Of a stretch of 64,000 nt of DNA, positions 50,301 to 63,971 are shown in pieces. The stretch lies in the NCBI GenBank assembly GCA_040285825.1, contig JAUPSS010000007.1, positions 1,583,475 to 1,647,474 on the forward strand. Direction: 5' to 3'. Origin of the DNA: Eukaryota sp. TZLM1-RC. Lineage: Eukaryota > Protista > Metamonada: BaSk clade. The notes under the pieces are model-generated. The model worked only from the letters and a program-made list of their open reading frames with translations. It made no database searches and was not told the origin of the DNA. Within the stretch, counting starts at the first letter, position 1, and the number at the start of each line of letters is the position of its first letter. The translations under genes were made by a program, and so were the position numbers.

Positions 50301-53300
50301 AACAAAAAAATAAATTCCAAAAAAAATTTACAGTTTCACTTTCATTTTGAATGTATTCTAGAAACAGATATCGTTTGTTTGATTTGAATCAAAAGGTGAT
50401 CGTTTGTATATGGCAACGGTAACGCTATTTTCTGCACGATTATCATTCTTTTGATTAGGTCAGTATCTTTTTCAAAATTTAAGAGCTTTATACATCATTA
50501 AAACCAATGTTCATGTCATTCATTTGATTTGAATTCCTTTGTTGATAATCTTTTACAACATTTGCGACAGTTTATACATGGTTATCTTGCCTTTGAAAAA
50601 AATGGAAACGAATGGCGCATTTTACAAGAGAAGTTTTCAAGTTTATAAATACAACATGTGTTCTTGATCACATTTTGGTGTAAAAATACATTGTTGCATG
50701 AACTTTTACATTGATAAAGAAAATTATTTTACTTTTGTTATTTGACAGAAACAAAAAATAAATTCAAAAAATTTACAGTTTCACTTTCATTTTGAATGTA
50801 TTCTAGAAACAGATATCGTTTGTTTGATTTGAATCAAAAGGTGATCGTTTGTATATGGCAACGGTAACGCTATTTTCTGCACGATTATCATTCTTTTGAT
50901 TAGGTCAGTATCTTTTTCAAAATTTAAGAGCTTTATACATCATTAAAACCAATGTTCATGTCATTCATTTGATTTGAATTCCTTTGTTGATAATCTTTTT
51001 ACAACATTTGCGACAATTTATACATGGTTATCTTGCCTTTGAAAAAATGGAAACGAATGGCGCATTTTACAAGAGAAGTTTTCAAGTTTATAAATACAGC
51101 ATGTGTTCTTGATCACATTTTTGGTGTAAAAAAACATTGTTGCGTGAACTTTTACATTGATAAAGAAGTTTTTCTTTTTTTTATTAAACATAAATAAAAA
51201 ATAAATTCAAAATTTCATAAATTCAACAAACACTTTTATTGCAAAATCAGTACACGAAACTAGATGCTCTATTGATCAAAAATACTGCACCAAAAAAGCT
51301 AAAACAATTTGGCATAGTTTTCATTTGAAATCCCCATTTCTTATATGACAAAAAGACTCCACACTTGACAATAAATCTTTGAATTGTAATATCCATATGA
51401 GTGTTTCAAACGCTGTTGAATGTTATTGTGTTTTCACACTTTCTGTGAAAACATGCTTATGCACAAGTGATACAAGGCAGGTTTGATACATGAAGAAATG
51501 ATTTATGTATTCTGTTTCAATGGCAATCTTGAAAACAATAGTGTTGGCAGAAAAGATGATGTATGTACTGAAAAGAATACTGTCCAGGAAAACTTTATTA
51601 TGATAGAGTCTTCATCAAGAAGAAAGTACAACGGTGAAGACATCAAGCCAATCCATGAACAATTGAGATCAAAAGAGTGATTGAGTCAAACGAAACACTT
51701 ACAATAACCGATAGGTACAAGATTTACGGAATAGAAATCCAAAATGCGCTAGGCAAGGCTGCTGCACTGATGGCAATTGTGATGTCTACCCTTCTGCCCC
51801 GAAGAATCATGGCACTAAGAGTATAATGTGTTTGAAGTTACAGACGCATCCCAAAGTCGGAGTACGGAAATGAAAAAAACCGCAGAAGGTTGCTCAGGTT
51901 GAAGAGGTTTCAAACTTCAGATTTTCCAATTTTGACATTGGAATTTTACCAACCCATAATGCAATTAATTTTGGTTTTGCTTTCCTGTTTTCTGCATGTG
52001 TTCGTATATGGCAACGGTTACGCTAACTTCTGTACGATTATCATTTTTTTGATTAGATTAGTATTTCTTTCAAAATTTTGAGCTTTATACATCATTAAAA
52101 CCAATGTTCATGTCATTCATTTGATTTGAATTCCTTTGTTGATAATCTTTTTACAACATTTGCGACAATTTATACATGGTTATCTTGCCTTTGAAAAAAT
52201 GGAAACGAATGGCGCATTTTACAAGAGAAGTTTTCAAGTTTATAAATACAGCATGTGTTCTTGATCACATTTTTGGTGTAAAAAAACATTGTTGCGTGAA
52301 CTTTTACATTGATAAAGAAGTTTTTCTTTTTTTTTATTAAACATAAATAAAAAATAAGTTTAAAATTTCATAAATTCAACAAACACTTTTCTTGCAAAAT
52401 CAGTACACGAAACTAGATGCTCTATTGATCAAAAATACTGCACCAAAAAAGCTAAAACAATTTGTCATAGTTTTCATTTGAAATCCCCATTTCTTATATG
52501 ACAAAAAGACTCCACACTTGACAATAAATCTTTGAATTGTAATATCCATATGAGTGTTTAAAACGCTGTTGAATGTTATTGTGTTTTCACACTTTCTGTG
52601 AAAACATGCTTATGCACAAGTGATACAAGGCAGGTTTGATACATGAAGAAATGATTTATGTATTCTGTTTCAATGGCAATCTTGAAAACAATAGTGTTGG
52701 CAGAAAAGATGATGTATGTACTGAAAAGAATACTGTCCAGGAAAACTTTATTATGATAGAGTCTTCATCAAAAAGAAAGTACAACGGTGAAGACATCAAG
52801 CCAATCCATGAACAATTGAGATCAAAAGAGTGATTGAGTCAAACGAAACACTGACAATAACCGATAGGTAAAAGATTTACGGAATAGAAATCCAAAATGC
52901 GCTAGGCAAGGCTGCTGCACTGATGGCAATCGTGATGCCTACCCTTCTGCCCCGAAGAATCATGGCACTAAGAGTATAATGTGTTTGAAGTTACAGACGC
53001 ATCCCAAAGTCGGAGTACGGAAATGAAAAAACCGCAGAAGGTTGCTCAGGTTGGAAGATCAGATTTTGGGTCTGGTTTCAAACTTCAGATTTTCCAATTT
53101 TGACATTGGAATTTTACCAACCCTTAATGCAATTAATTTTGGTTTTGCTTTCCTGTTTTCTGCATGTGTTTGTATATGGCAACGGTAACGCTAATTTCTG
53201 TACGATTATCATTCTTTTGATTAGATTAGTATTTCTTTCAAAATTTTGAGCTTTATGCATCATTGAAACCAATGTTCATGTCATTGGTCTGATTTAAATT

Positions 53301-56300
53301 CTTTGTTGATAATCCTTTTGCAATTGTTGTGACAATTTATACATGGTTATCTTGCCTTTAAAAAAATCGAAACGAATGGCGCAATTTACAGGAGAAGTTT
53401 TCAATTTATGAATAGCACCACTGGTTTTTGATCACATTTTTGGTGTAAAAAAACATTGTTGCGTGAACTTTTACATTGATAAAGAAAATTATTTTACTTT
53501 TGTTATTTGACAGAAACAAAAAATAAATTTTAAAAAATTTACAGTTTCACTTTCATTTTGAATGTATTCTAAAAACAGATATCATTTTTGACTTGAATCA
53601 AAAGGTGATCGTTTGTATATGGCAACGGTAACGCTATTTTCTGCACGATTATCATTCTTTTGATTAGGTCAGTATCTTTTTCAAAATTTATGAGCTTTAT
53701 ACATCATTAAAACCAATGTTCATGTCATTCATTTGATTTGAATTCCTTTGTTGATAATCTTTTTACAACATTTGCGACAATTTATACATGGTTATCTTGC
53801 CTTTGAAAAAATGGAAACGAATGGCGCATTTTACAAGAGAAGTTTTCAAGTTTATAAATACAGCATGTGTTCTTGATCACATTTTTGGTGTAAAAAAACA
53901 TTGTTGCGTGAACTTTTACATTGATAAAGAAGTTTTTCTTTTTTTTATTAAACATAAATAAAAAATAAGTTTAAAATTTCATAAATTCAACAAACACTTT
54001 TCTTGCAAAATCAGTACACGAAACTAGATGCTCTATTGATCAAAAATACTGCACCAAAAAAGCTAAAACAATTTGTCATAGTTTTCATTTGAAATCCCCA
54101 TTTCTTATATGACAAAAAAACTCCACACTTGACAATAAATCTTTGAATTGTAATATCCATATGAGTGTTTCAAACGCTGTTGAATGTTATTGTGTTTTCA
54201 CACTTTCTGTGAAAACATGCTTATGCACAAGTGATACAAGGCAGGTTTGATACATGAAGAAATGATTTATGTATTCTGTTTCAATGGCAATCTTGAAAAC
54301 AATAGTGTTGGCAGAAAAGATGATGTATGTACTGAAAAGAATACTGTCCAGGAAAACTTTATTATGATAGAGTCTTCATCAAAAGAAAGTACAACGGTGA
54401 AGACATCAAGCCAATCCATGAACAATTGAGATCAAAAGAGTGATTGAGTCAAACGAAACACTGACAATAACCGATAGGTAAAAGATTTACGGAATAGAAA
54501 TCCAAAATGCGCTAGGCAAGGCTGCTGCACTGATGGCAATCGTGATGCCTACCCTTCTGCCCCGAAGAATCATGGCACTAAGAGTATAATGTGTTTAAAG
54601 TTACAGACGCATCCCAAAGTCGGAGTACGGAAATGAAAAAAACCGCAGAAGGTTGCTCAGGTTGGAAGATCAGATTTTGGGTCTGGTTTCAAACTTCAGA
54701 TTTTCCAATTTTGACATTGGAATTTTACCAACCCTCAATGCAATTAATTTTGGTTTTGCTTTCCTGTTTTCTGCATGTGTTTGTATATGGCAACGGTGAC
54801 GCTAATTTCTGTACGATTATCATTCTTTTGATTAGATTAGTATTTCTTTCAAAATTTTGAGCTTTATGCATCATTGAAACCAATGTTCATGTCATTGATC
54901 TGATTTAAATTCTTTTGTTGATAATCCTTTTGCAATTGTTGTGACAATTTATACATGGTTATCTTGCCTTTAAAAAAATCGAAACGAATGGCGCAATTTA
55001 CAGGAGATGTTTTCAATTTATGAATAGCACCACTTGTTTTTGATCACATTTTTGGTGTAAAAATACATTGTTGCATGAACTTTTACATTGATAAAGAAAA
55101 TTATTTTACTTTTGTTATTTCACAGAAACAAAAAAATAAATTCCAAAAAAATTTACAATTTCACTTTCATTTTGAATGTATTCTAGAAACAGATATCGTT
55201 TGTTTGATTTGAATCAAAAGGTGATCGTTTGTATATGGCAACGGTAACGCTATTTTCTGCACGATTATCATTCTTTTGATTAGGTCAGTATCTTTTTCAA
55301 AATTTAAGAGCTTTATACATCATTAAAACCAATGTTCATGTCATTCATTTGATTTGAATTCCTTTGTTGATAATCTTTTTACAACATTTGCGACAATTTA
55401 TACATGGTTATCTTGCCTTTGAAAAATGGAAACGAATGGCGCATTTTACAAGAGAAGTTTTCAAGTTTATAAATACAGCATGTGTTCTTGATCACATTTT
55501 TGGTGTAAAAAAACATTGTTGCGTGAACTTTTACATTGATAAAGAAGTTTTTCTTTTTTTTATTAAACATAAATAAAAAATAAGTTTAAAATTTCATAAA
55601 TTCAACAAACACTTTTCTTGCAAATTCAGTACACGAAACTAGATGCTCTATTGATCAAAAATACTGCACCAAAAAGCTAAAACAATTTTTCATAGTTTTC
55701 ATTTGAAATCCCCATTTCTTATATGACAAAAAACTCCACACTTGACAATAAATCTTTGAATTGTAATATCCATATGAGTGTTTCAAACGCTGTTGAATGT
55801 TATTGTGTTTTCACAATTTCTGTGAAAACATGCTTATGCACAAGTGATACAAGGCAGGTTTGATACATGAAGAAATGATTTATGTATTCTGTTTCAATGG
55901 CAATCTTGAAAACAATAGTGTTGGCAGAAAAGATGATGTATGTACTGAAAAGAATACTGTCCAGGAAAACTTTATTATGATAGAGTCTTCATCAAAAAGA
56001 AAGTACAACGGTGAAGACATCAAGCCAATCCATGAACAATTGAGATCAAAAGAGTGATTGAGTCAAACGAAACACTGACAATAACCGATAGGTAAAAGAT
56101 TTACGGAATAGAAATCCAAAATGCGCTAGGCAAGGCTGCTGCACTGATGGCAATCGTGATGCCTACCCTTCTGCCCCGAAGAATCATGGCACTAAGAGTA
56201 TAATGTGTTTAAAGTTACAGACGCATCCCAAAGTCGGAGTACGGAAATGAAAAAAACCGCAGAAGGTTGCTCAGGTTGGAAGATCAGATTTTGGGTCTGG

Positions 56301-59300
56301 TTTCAAACTTCAGATTTTCCAATTTTGACATTGGAATTTTACCAACCCTTAATGCAATTAATTTTGGTTTTGCTTTCCTGTTTTCTGCATGTGTTTGTAT
56401 ATGGCAACGGTAACGCTAATTTCTGTACGATTATCATTCTTTTGATTAGATTAGTATTTCTTTCAAAATTTTGAGCTTTATGCATCATTGAAACCAATGT
56501 TCATGTCATTGATCTGATTTAAATTCTTTTGTTGATAATCCTTTTGCAATTGTTGTGACAATTTATACATGGTTATCTTGCCTTTAAAAAAATCGAAACG
56601 AATGGCGCAATTTACAGGAGAAGTTTTCAATTTATGAATAGCACCACTGGTTTTTGATCACATTTTTGGTGTAAAAAAACATTGTTGCGTGAACTTTTAC
56701 ATTGATAAAGAAAATTATTTTACTTTTGTTATTTGACAGAAACAAAAAAATAAATTTTTAAAAAATTTACAGTTTCACTTTCATTTTGAATGTATTCTAA
56801 AAACAGATATCATTTGTTTGACTTGAATCAAAAGGTGATCGTTTGTAAAAGGCAACGGTAACGCTATTTTCTGCACGATTATCATTCTTTTGATTAGGTC
56901 AGTATCTTTTTCAAAATTTAAGAGCTTTATACATCATTAAAACCAATGTTCATGTCATTCATTTGATTTGAATTCCTTTGTTGATAATCTTTTTACAACA
57001 TTTGCGACAATTTATACATGGTTATCTTGCCTTTGAAAAAATGGAAACGAATGGCGCATTTTACAAGAGAAGTTTTCAAGTTTATAAATACAGCATGTGT
57101 TCTTGATCACATTTTTGGTGTAAAAAAACATTGTTGCGTGAACTTTTACATTGATAAAGAAATTTTTGTTTTTTTTATTAAACATAAATAAAAAATAAGT
57201 TTAAAATTTCATAAATTCAACAAACACTTTTATTGCAAAATCAGTACACGAAACTAGATGCTCTATTGATCAAAAATACTGCACCAAAAAAGCTAAAACA
57301 ATTTGTCATAGTTTTCATTTGAAATCCCCATTTCTTATATGACAAAAAGACTCCACACTTGACAATAAATCTTTGAATTGTAATATCCATATGAGTGTTT
57401 CAAACGCTGTTGAATGTTATTGTGTTTTCACACTTTCTGTGAAAACATGCTTATGCACAAGTGATACAAGGCAGGTTTGATACATGAAGAAATGATTTAT
57501 GTATTCTGTTTCAATGGCAATCTTGAAAACAATAGTGTTGGCAGAAAAGATGATGTATGTACTGAAAAGAATACTGTCCAGGAAAACTTTATTATGATAG
57601 AGTCTTCATCAAGAAGAAAGTACAACGGTGAAGACATCAAGCCAATCCATGAACAATTGAGATCAAAAGAGTGATTGAGTCAAACGAAACACTGACAATA
57701 ACCGATAGGTAAAAGATTTACGGAATAGAAATCCAAAATGCGCTAGGCAAGGCTGCTGCACTGATGGCAATTGTGATGTCTACCCTTCTGCCCCGAAGAA
57801 TCATGGCACTAAGAGTATAATGTGTTTGAAGTTACAGACGCATCCCAAAGTCGGAGTACGGAAATGAAAAAAACCGCAGAAGGTTGCTCAGGTTGAAGGT
57901 TTCAAACTTCAGATTTTCCAATTTTGACATTGGAATTTTACCAACCCATAATGCAATTAATTTTGGTTTTGCTTTCCTGTTTTCTGCATGTGTTCGTATA
58001 TGGCAACGGTTACGCTAACTTCTGTACGATTATCATTTTTTTGATTAGATTAGTATTTCTTTCAAAATTTTGAGCTTTATACATCATTAAAACCAATGTT
58101 CATGTCATTCATTTGATTTGAATTCCTTTGTTGATAATCTTTTTACAACATTTGCGACAATTTATACATGGTTATCTTGCCTTTGAAAAAATGGAAACGA
58201 ATGGCGCATTTTACAAGAGAAGTTTTCAAGTTTATAGATACAGCATGTGTTCTTGATCACATTTTTGGTGTAAAAAAACATTGTTGCGTGAACTTTTACA
58301 TTGATAAAGAAGTTTTTCTTTTTTTTATTAAACATAAATAAAAAATAAGTTTAAAATTTCATAAATTCAACAAACACTTTTCTTGCAAAATCAGTACACG
58401 AAACTAGATGCTCTATTGATCAAAAATACTGCACCAAAAAAGCTAAAACAATTTGTCATAGTTTTCATTTGAAATCCCCATTTCTTATATGACAAAAAAA
58501 CTCCACACTTGACAATAAATCTTTGAATTGTAATATCCATATGAGTGTTTCAAACGCTGTTGAATGTTATTGTGTTTTCACACTTTCTGTGAAAACATGC
58601 TTATGCACAAGTGATACAAGGCAGGTTTGATACATGAAGAAATGATTTATGTATTCTGTTTCAATGGCAATCTTGAAAACAATAGTGTTGGCAGAAAAGA
58701 TGATGTATGTACTGAAAAGAATACTGTCCAGGAAAACTTTATTATGATAGAGTCTTCATCAAAAGAAAGTACAACGGTGAAGACATCAAGCCAATCCATG
58801 AACAATTGAGATCAAAAGAGTGATTGAGTCAAACGAAACACTGACAATAACCGATAGGTAAAAGATTTACGGAATAGAAATCCAAAATGCGCTAGGCAAG
58901 GCTGCTGCACTGATGGCAATCGTGATGCCTACCCTTCTGCCCCGAAGAATCATGGCACTAAGAGTATAATGTGTTTAAAGTTACAGACGCATCCCAAAGT
59001 CGGAGTACGGAAATGAAAAAACCGCAGAAGGTTGCTCAGGTTGGAAGATCAGATTTTGGGTCTGGTTTCAAACTTCAGATTTTCCAATTTTGACATTGGA
59101 ATTTTACCAACCCTCAATGCAATTAATTTTGGTTTTGCTTTCCTGTTTTCTGCATGTGTTTGTATATGGCAACGGTAACGCTAATTTCTGTACGATTATC
59201 ATTCTTTTGATTAGATTAGTATTTCTTTCAAAATTTTGAGCTTTATGCATCATTGAAACCAATGTTCATGTCATTGATCTGATTTAAATTCTTTTGTTGA

Positions 59301-61199
59301 TAATCCTTTTGCAATTGTTGTGACAATTTATACATGGTTATCTTGCCTTTAAAAAAATCGAAACGAATGGCGCAATTTACAGGAGAAGTTTTCAATTTAT
59401 GAATAGCACCACTGGTTTTTGATCACATTTTTGGTGTAAAAAAACATTGTTGCGTGAACTTTTACATTGATAAAGAAAATTATTTTACTTTTGTTATTTG
59501 ACAGAAACAAAAAAATAAATTTTTAAAAAATTTACAGTTTCACTTTCATTTTGAATGTATTCTAAAAACAGATATCATTTTTTTGACTTGAATCAAAAGG
59601 TGATCGTTTGTAAAAGGCAACGGTAACGCTATTTTCTGCACGATTATCATTCTTTTGATTAGGTCAGTATCTTTTTCAAAATTTATGAGCTTTATACATC
59701 ATTAAAACCAATGTTCATGTCATTCATTTGATTTGAATTCCTTTGTTGATAATCTTTTTACAACATTTGCAACAATTTATACATGGTTATCTTGCCTTTG
59801 AAAAAATGGAAACGAATGGCGCATTTTACAAGAGAAGTTTTCAAGTTTATAAATACAACATGTGTTCTTGATCACATTTTTGGTGTAAAAATACATTGTT
59901 GCATGAACTTTTACATTGATAAAGAAAATTATTTTACTTTTGTTATTTGACAGAAACAAAAAAATAAATTCCAAAAAAAATTTACAGTTTCACTTTCATT
60001 TTGAATGTATTCTAGAAACAGATATCGTTTGTTTGATTTGAATCAAAAGGTGATCGTTTGTATATGGCAACGGTAACGCTATTTTCTGCACGATTATCAT
60101 TCTTTTGATTAGGTCAGTATCTTTTTCAAAATTTAAGAGCTTTATACATCATTAAAACCAATGTTCATGTCATTCATTTGATTTGAATTCCTTTGTTGAT
60201 AATCTTTTTACAACATTTGCGACAATTTATACATGGTTATCTTGCCTTTGAAAAAATGGAAACGAATGGCGCATTTTACAAGAGAAGTTTTCAAGTTTAT
60301 AAATACAACATGTGTTCTTGATCACATTTTTGGTGTAAAAAAACATTGTTGCGTGAACTTTTACATTGATAAAGAAATTTTTCTTTTTTTATTAAACATA
60401 AATAAAAAATAAGTTTAAATTTTCATAAATTCGACAAACACTTTTATTGCAAAATCAGTACACAAAACTAGATGCTCTATTGATCAAAAATACTGCACCA
60501 AAAAAGCTAAAACAATTTGTCATAGTTTTCATTTGAAATCCCCATTTCTTATATGACAAAAAGACTCCACACTTGACAATAAATCTTTGAATTGTAATAT
60601 CCATATGAGTGTTTCAAACGCTGTTGAATGTTATTGTGTTTTCACACTTTCTGTGAAAACATGCTTATGCACAAGTGATACAAGGCAGGTTTGATACATG
60701 AAGAAATGATTTATGTATTCTGTTTCAATGGCAATCTTGAAAACAATAGTGTTGGCAGAAAAGATGATGTATGTACTGAAAAGAATACTGTCCAGGAAAA
60801 CTTTATTATGATAGAGTCTTCATCAAGAAGAAAGTACAACGGTGAAGACATCAAGCCAATCCATGAACAATTGAGATCAAAAGAGTGATTGAGTCAAACG
60901 AAACACTGACAATAACCGATAGGTAAAAGATTTACGGAATAGAAATCCAAAATGCGCTAGGCAAGGCTGCTGCACTGATGGCAATCGTGATGCCTACCCT
61001 TCTGCCCCGAAGAATCATGGCACTAAGAGTATAATGTGTTTAAAGTTACAGACGCATCCCAAAGTCGGAGTACGGAAATGAAAAAACCGCAGAAGGTTGC
61101 TCAGGTTGGAAGATCAGATTTTGGGTCTGGTTTCAAACTTCAGATTTTCCAATTTTGACATTGGAATTTTACCAACCCATCATCCAATAGATTTTGGTT

Positions 61200-61774
61200 C
61201 TGTTGATTTGTTTTTTGTATAAACACGAATCAAAGATTTCTAGTTATAGCATTTGCTGGTGTTGTTTTACAGTGATGACCATTATGGTCTAAAATTGTGG
61301 ATTTTACAAAAGGTTCTTTGTTTTATACAAATTGATTCAAAATCATCCAAATGAGATCAGACCACAAAAATGGCGAAACGTGAAATGGGGGTCAGGAAAT
61401 GAAAGAAATTTTCATTTTTTATCCCATTTCGGAAAGTACTTGCTATTTGATCATTTTCAATTGATTGTTTTTAAATAATTTATGAAAATGTGAAAACAGC
61501 TCAATTGTTCATGTTGAACAAAATTTTGGTGTTGTATGTAAGCCTTAATGGAAACATTAAATTTTACTACACGTGTCGAATTTTATGGGAAATCATTTTT
61601 GATTGAAAATTTAAATTGACACATCAATAAGATTTGATTACATTTATCAGGATGTAATGGATCTTTATGGAAAGCACAAATGATCAACATTGATACAATC
61701 ATATTTGATTGATTTCACAAAAGGTAACATTTATGAACTTTTCTGGTTTTTTAATCGGAATGTTTTATTGTTGA
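61200..61774 (+). other. Putative 5' external transcribed spacer / unique pre-18S region
   Basis: Unique sequence between the last repeat-C copy and the 18S 5' end. The transcription start cannot be located from sequence. Confidence 0.65.
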
Positions 61775-62861
61775 TACCTGGTTGATCCTGCCAGTAGGCA
61801 TATGCTTGTCTCAAAGATTAAGCCATGCATGTCTAAGTTCAGGAGTTTTCTCCGAAACAGCGAATGGCTCATTAAATCAGTGATAATTTATTTGATAGTA
61901 CTTACTACTTGGATAACCGTGGTAATTCTAGAGCTAATACATGCAGCAAATACTTCTTTTGAAGTATGCATTTATTAGATACAAAACCAATCCTGGCAAC
62001 AGGTCTTTGGTGAATCATAATAACTATGCTGATCGCATGTCTTCGGACAGCGACATATCATTTAAATCACTGCCCTATCAACTAAATCGTAAGGTAGTGG
62101 CTTACGATGGTGATGACGGGTAACGGGGAATTAGGGTTTGATTCCGGAGAGGGAGCCTGAGAAATGGCTACCACATCCAAGGAAGGCAGCAGGCGCGAAA
62201 ATTACCCAATCTCATTACGAGGAGGTAGTGACAAAAAATAACAATACTGGGCTCTTTTGAGTTCGTAATTGGAATGAGTACAACTTAAAACCTTTAACGA
62301 GGAGCTACTAGAGGGCAAGTCTGGTGCCAGCAGCCGCGGTAATTCCAGCTCTAGTAGTGTATCTTAAAATTGCTGCGTTTAAATCGTCCGTAGTTGAATC
62401 TCAGAATTTGCGTATCTTCAGGTTTTCCTGTTGGTAAACAGATTCTTCTGTCTGAGGACACTAGTCATTTGCTTCGGCGGTGGCTATTGAATTCAGACCG
62501 TTTACTTTGAAAAATTAGAGTGTTCAAAGCAGGCTTTATGCAATTGAATAACTTAGCATGGAATAATAGAATAGGACTTTGGTTCTGTTTTATTGGTTTT
62601 GAGAACTAGAGTAATGATTAAAAGGGACAGTTGGGGCATTAGTACTCCGGTGTCAGAGGTGAAATTCTTGGATTGCCGGATGACTAACTACTGCGAAAGC
62701 ATTTGCCAAAGATGTTCTCATTAATCAAGGTCGAAAGTTGGGGGATCGAAGACGATTAGACACCGTCGTAGTCTCAACCATAAACTATGCCGACTAGGGA
62801 TTAGTAGGCGTTAAATACGACCCTATTAGCACCTTATGGGAAACCATAAGTTCTTGGGTAA

Positions 62862-62920
<59 letters not shown>

Positions 62921-63369
62921 TTGTGGAGCCTGCGGCTTAATCTGACTCAACACGGAGAAACTTACCAGGTCCAGACGTGATAAGGATTGACAGATTGATA
63001 GCTCTTTCATGATCTTACGGTTAGTGGCGCATGGCCGTTCTTAGTTGGTGGAGTGATTTGTCTGGTTAATTCCGATAACGAACGAGATCTAAATTGCTAA
63101 CTAGTTTTATTCTATTTTCGGATAGTTTGAACTTCTTAGCGAGACTGCTGTGGTTTTACACAGAGGAAGGTTTAGGCAATAACAGGTCTGTGATGCCCTT
63201 AGATGTTCTGGGCCGCACGCGCGCTACAATGGTAGGTACAACGAGTTTGTCCTTAACCGAAAGGTTTGGGTAATCTTGTGAATACCTATCTTGACTGGGA
63301 TAGATCCTTGCAATTATGGGTCTTGAACGAGGAATAACTTGTAAGTGCATGTCATCAGCATGCGCTGAA

Positions 63370-63415
<46 letters not shown>

Positions 63416-63555
63416 GATGTTGAGGTGAAATGTTTGGACTCAATGGGTTAAGCTGCAAAGCAAGACTTGTTGGGAAAATTCAGTGAATCTTTGCATCTAG
63501 AGGAAGGAGAAGTCGTAACAAGGTATCCGTAGGTGAACCTGCGGATGGATCATTG
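61775..63555 (+). rRNA. 18S: 18S (SSU) rRNA
   Basis: Starts TACCTGGTTGATCCTGCCAG. Contains GTGCCAGCAGCCGCGGTAA, AAACTTAAAGGAATTGACGG and TTGTACACACCGCCC. Ends GTGAACCTGCGGATGGATCATT. Confidence 0.99.
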
Positions 63556-63654
63556 TCGTTTGCAGAGCTTTGGCTGCCAAGTTTCACTTTAACTGAAACC
63601 TAATACCGAACCAACCCTTTTTATTATAAAAACTAATAGTTTCTATGAAACATC
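63556..63654 (+). other. ITS1 (about 100 bp)
   Basis: Lies between the 18S end and the 5.8S start. Confidence 0.85.
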
Positions 63655-63816
63655 CAACTTTCAGTGATGGATGTCTCGGCTCCTTTATCGATGAAGAACG
63701 CAGCGAATTGCGATACGTAATGTGAATTGCAGAATCTGTGAATCATCGAAACTTTGAACGCAAATGGTAGTTCTTTAGAGCTTCGGCTTTATTGAACTAT
63801 ACTTGAATCAGCGTCG
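63655..63816 (+). rRNA. 5.8S: 5.8S rRNA
   Basis: AACTTTCAGTGATGGATGTCTCGGCTC, ATCGATGAAGAACGCAGC, GAATTGCAGAA, GAATCATCGAAACTTTGAACGCA. Confidence 0.97.
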
Positions 63817-63971
63817 TCTTTTATTTTCCATTTCGGATAATTGGAATTGAAGGTTACTTCTTTTCTTAAATAATCAAATATATGATTGACTTTTGTCAAC
63901 ATTTATTGTTGAAGGCAACTTTACATTAATTGACGACTCATCTCTTTCATATATTGTCTTTTAGACATCAT
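63817..63971 (+). other. ITS2 (about 155 bp)
   Basis: Lies between the 5.8S end and the 28S 5' motif. Confidence 0.8.

Larger units (their letters stand above)
40663..61199. repeat. Modular higher-order repeat C upstream of rDNA (spacer/IGS-like): X(~860 bp)-Y(~310 bp)-(Z~135 bp-Y)n
   Basis: X marker at 41023, ~42630, 46010, 47177, 51483, 52636, 54247, 55860, 57477, 58627 and 60691. Spacings fit about 1160 + n x 448 bp with n = 0, 1, 2 or 7. Confidence 0.95.

Noticed and set aside
35122-60888. Short repeated ORFs in satellites (MLQTNK.., MIHEEM.., MFEVTD.., MEFIFL..) as real genes
   Set aside because: Many start at TTG/GTG, are broken by indels in sister copies, and show no recognisable domain.
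33296-61199. CRISPR array
   Set aside because: Units are 0.45-1.2 kb tandem copies without unique spacers, there are no cas genes, and the context is eukaryotic.
40663-61774. 5S rRNA or tRNA genes in the spacer
   Set aside because: No 5S conserved blocks or tRNA cloverleaf with A/B boxes were recognised by eye. An Infernal/tRNAscan run would be decisive.
61941-63458. ORFs 61941-62123 and 63156-63458
   Set aside because: They lie within 18S rRNA and are incidental.
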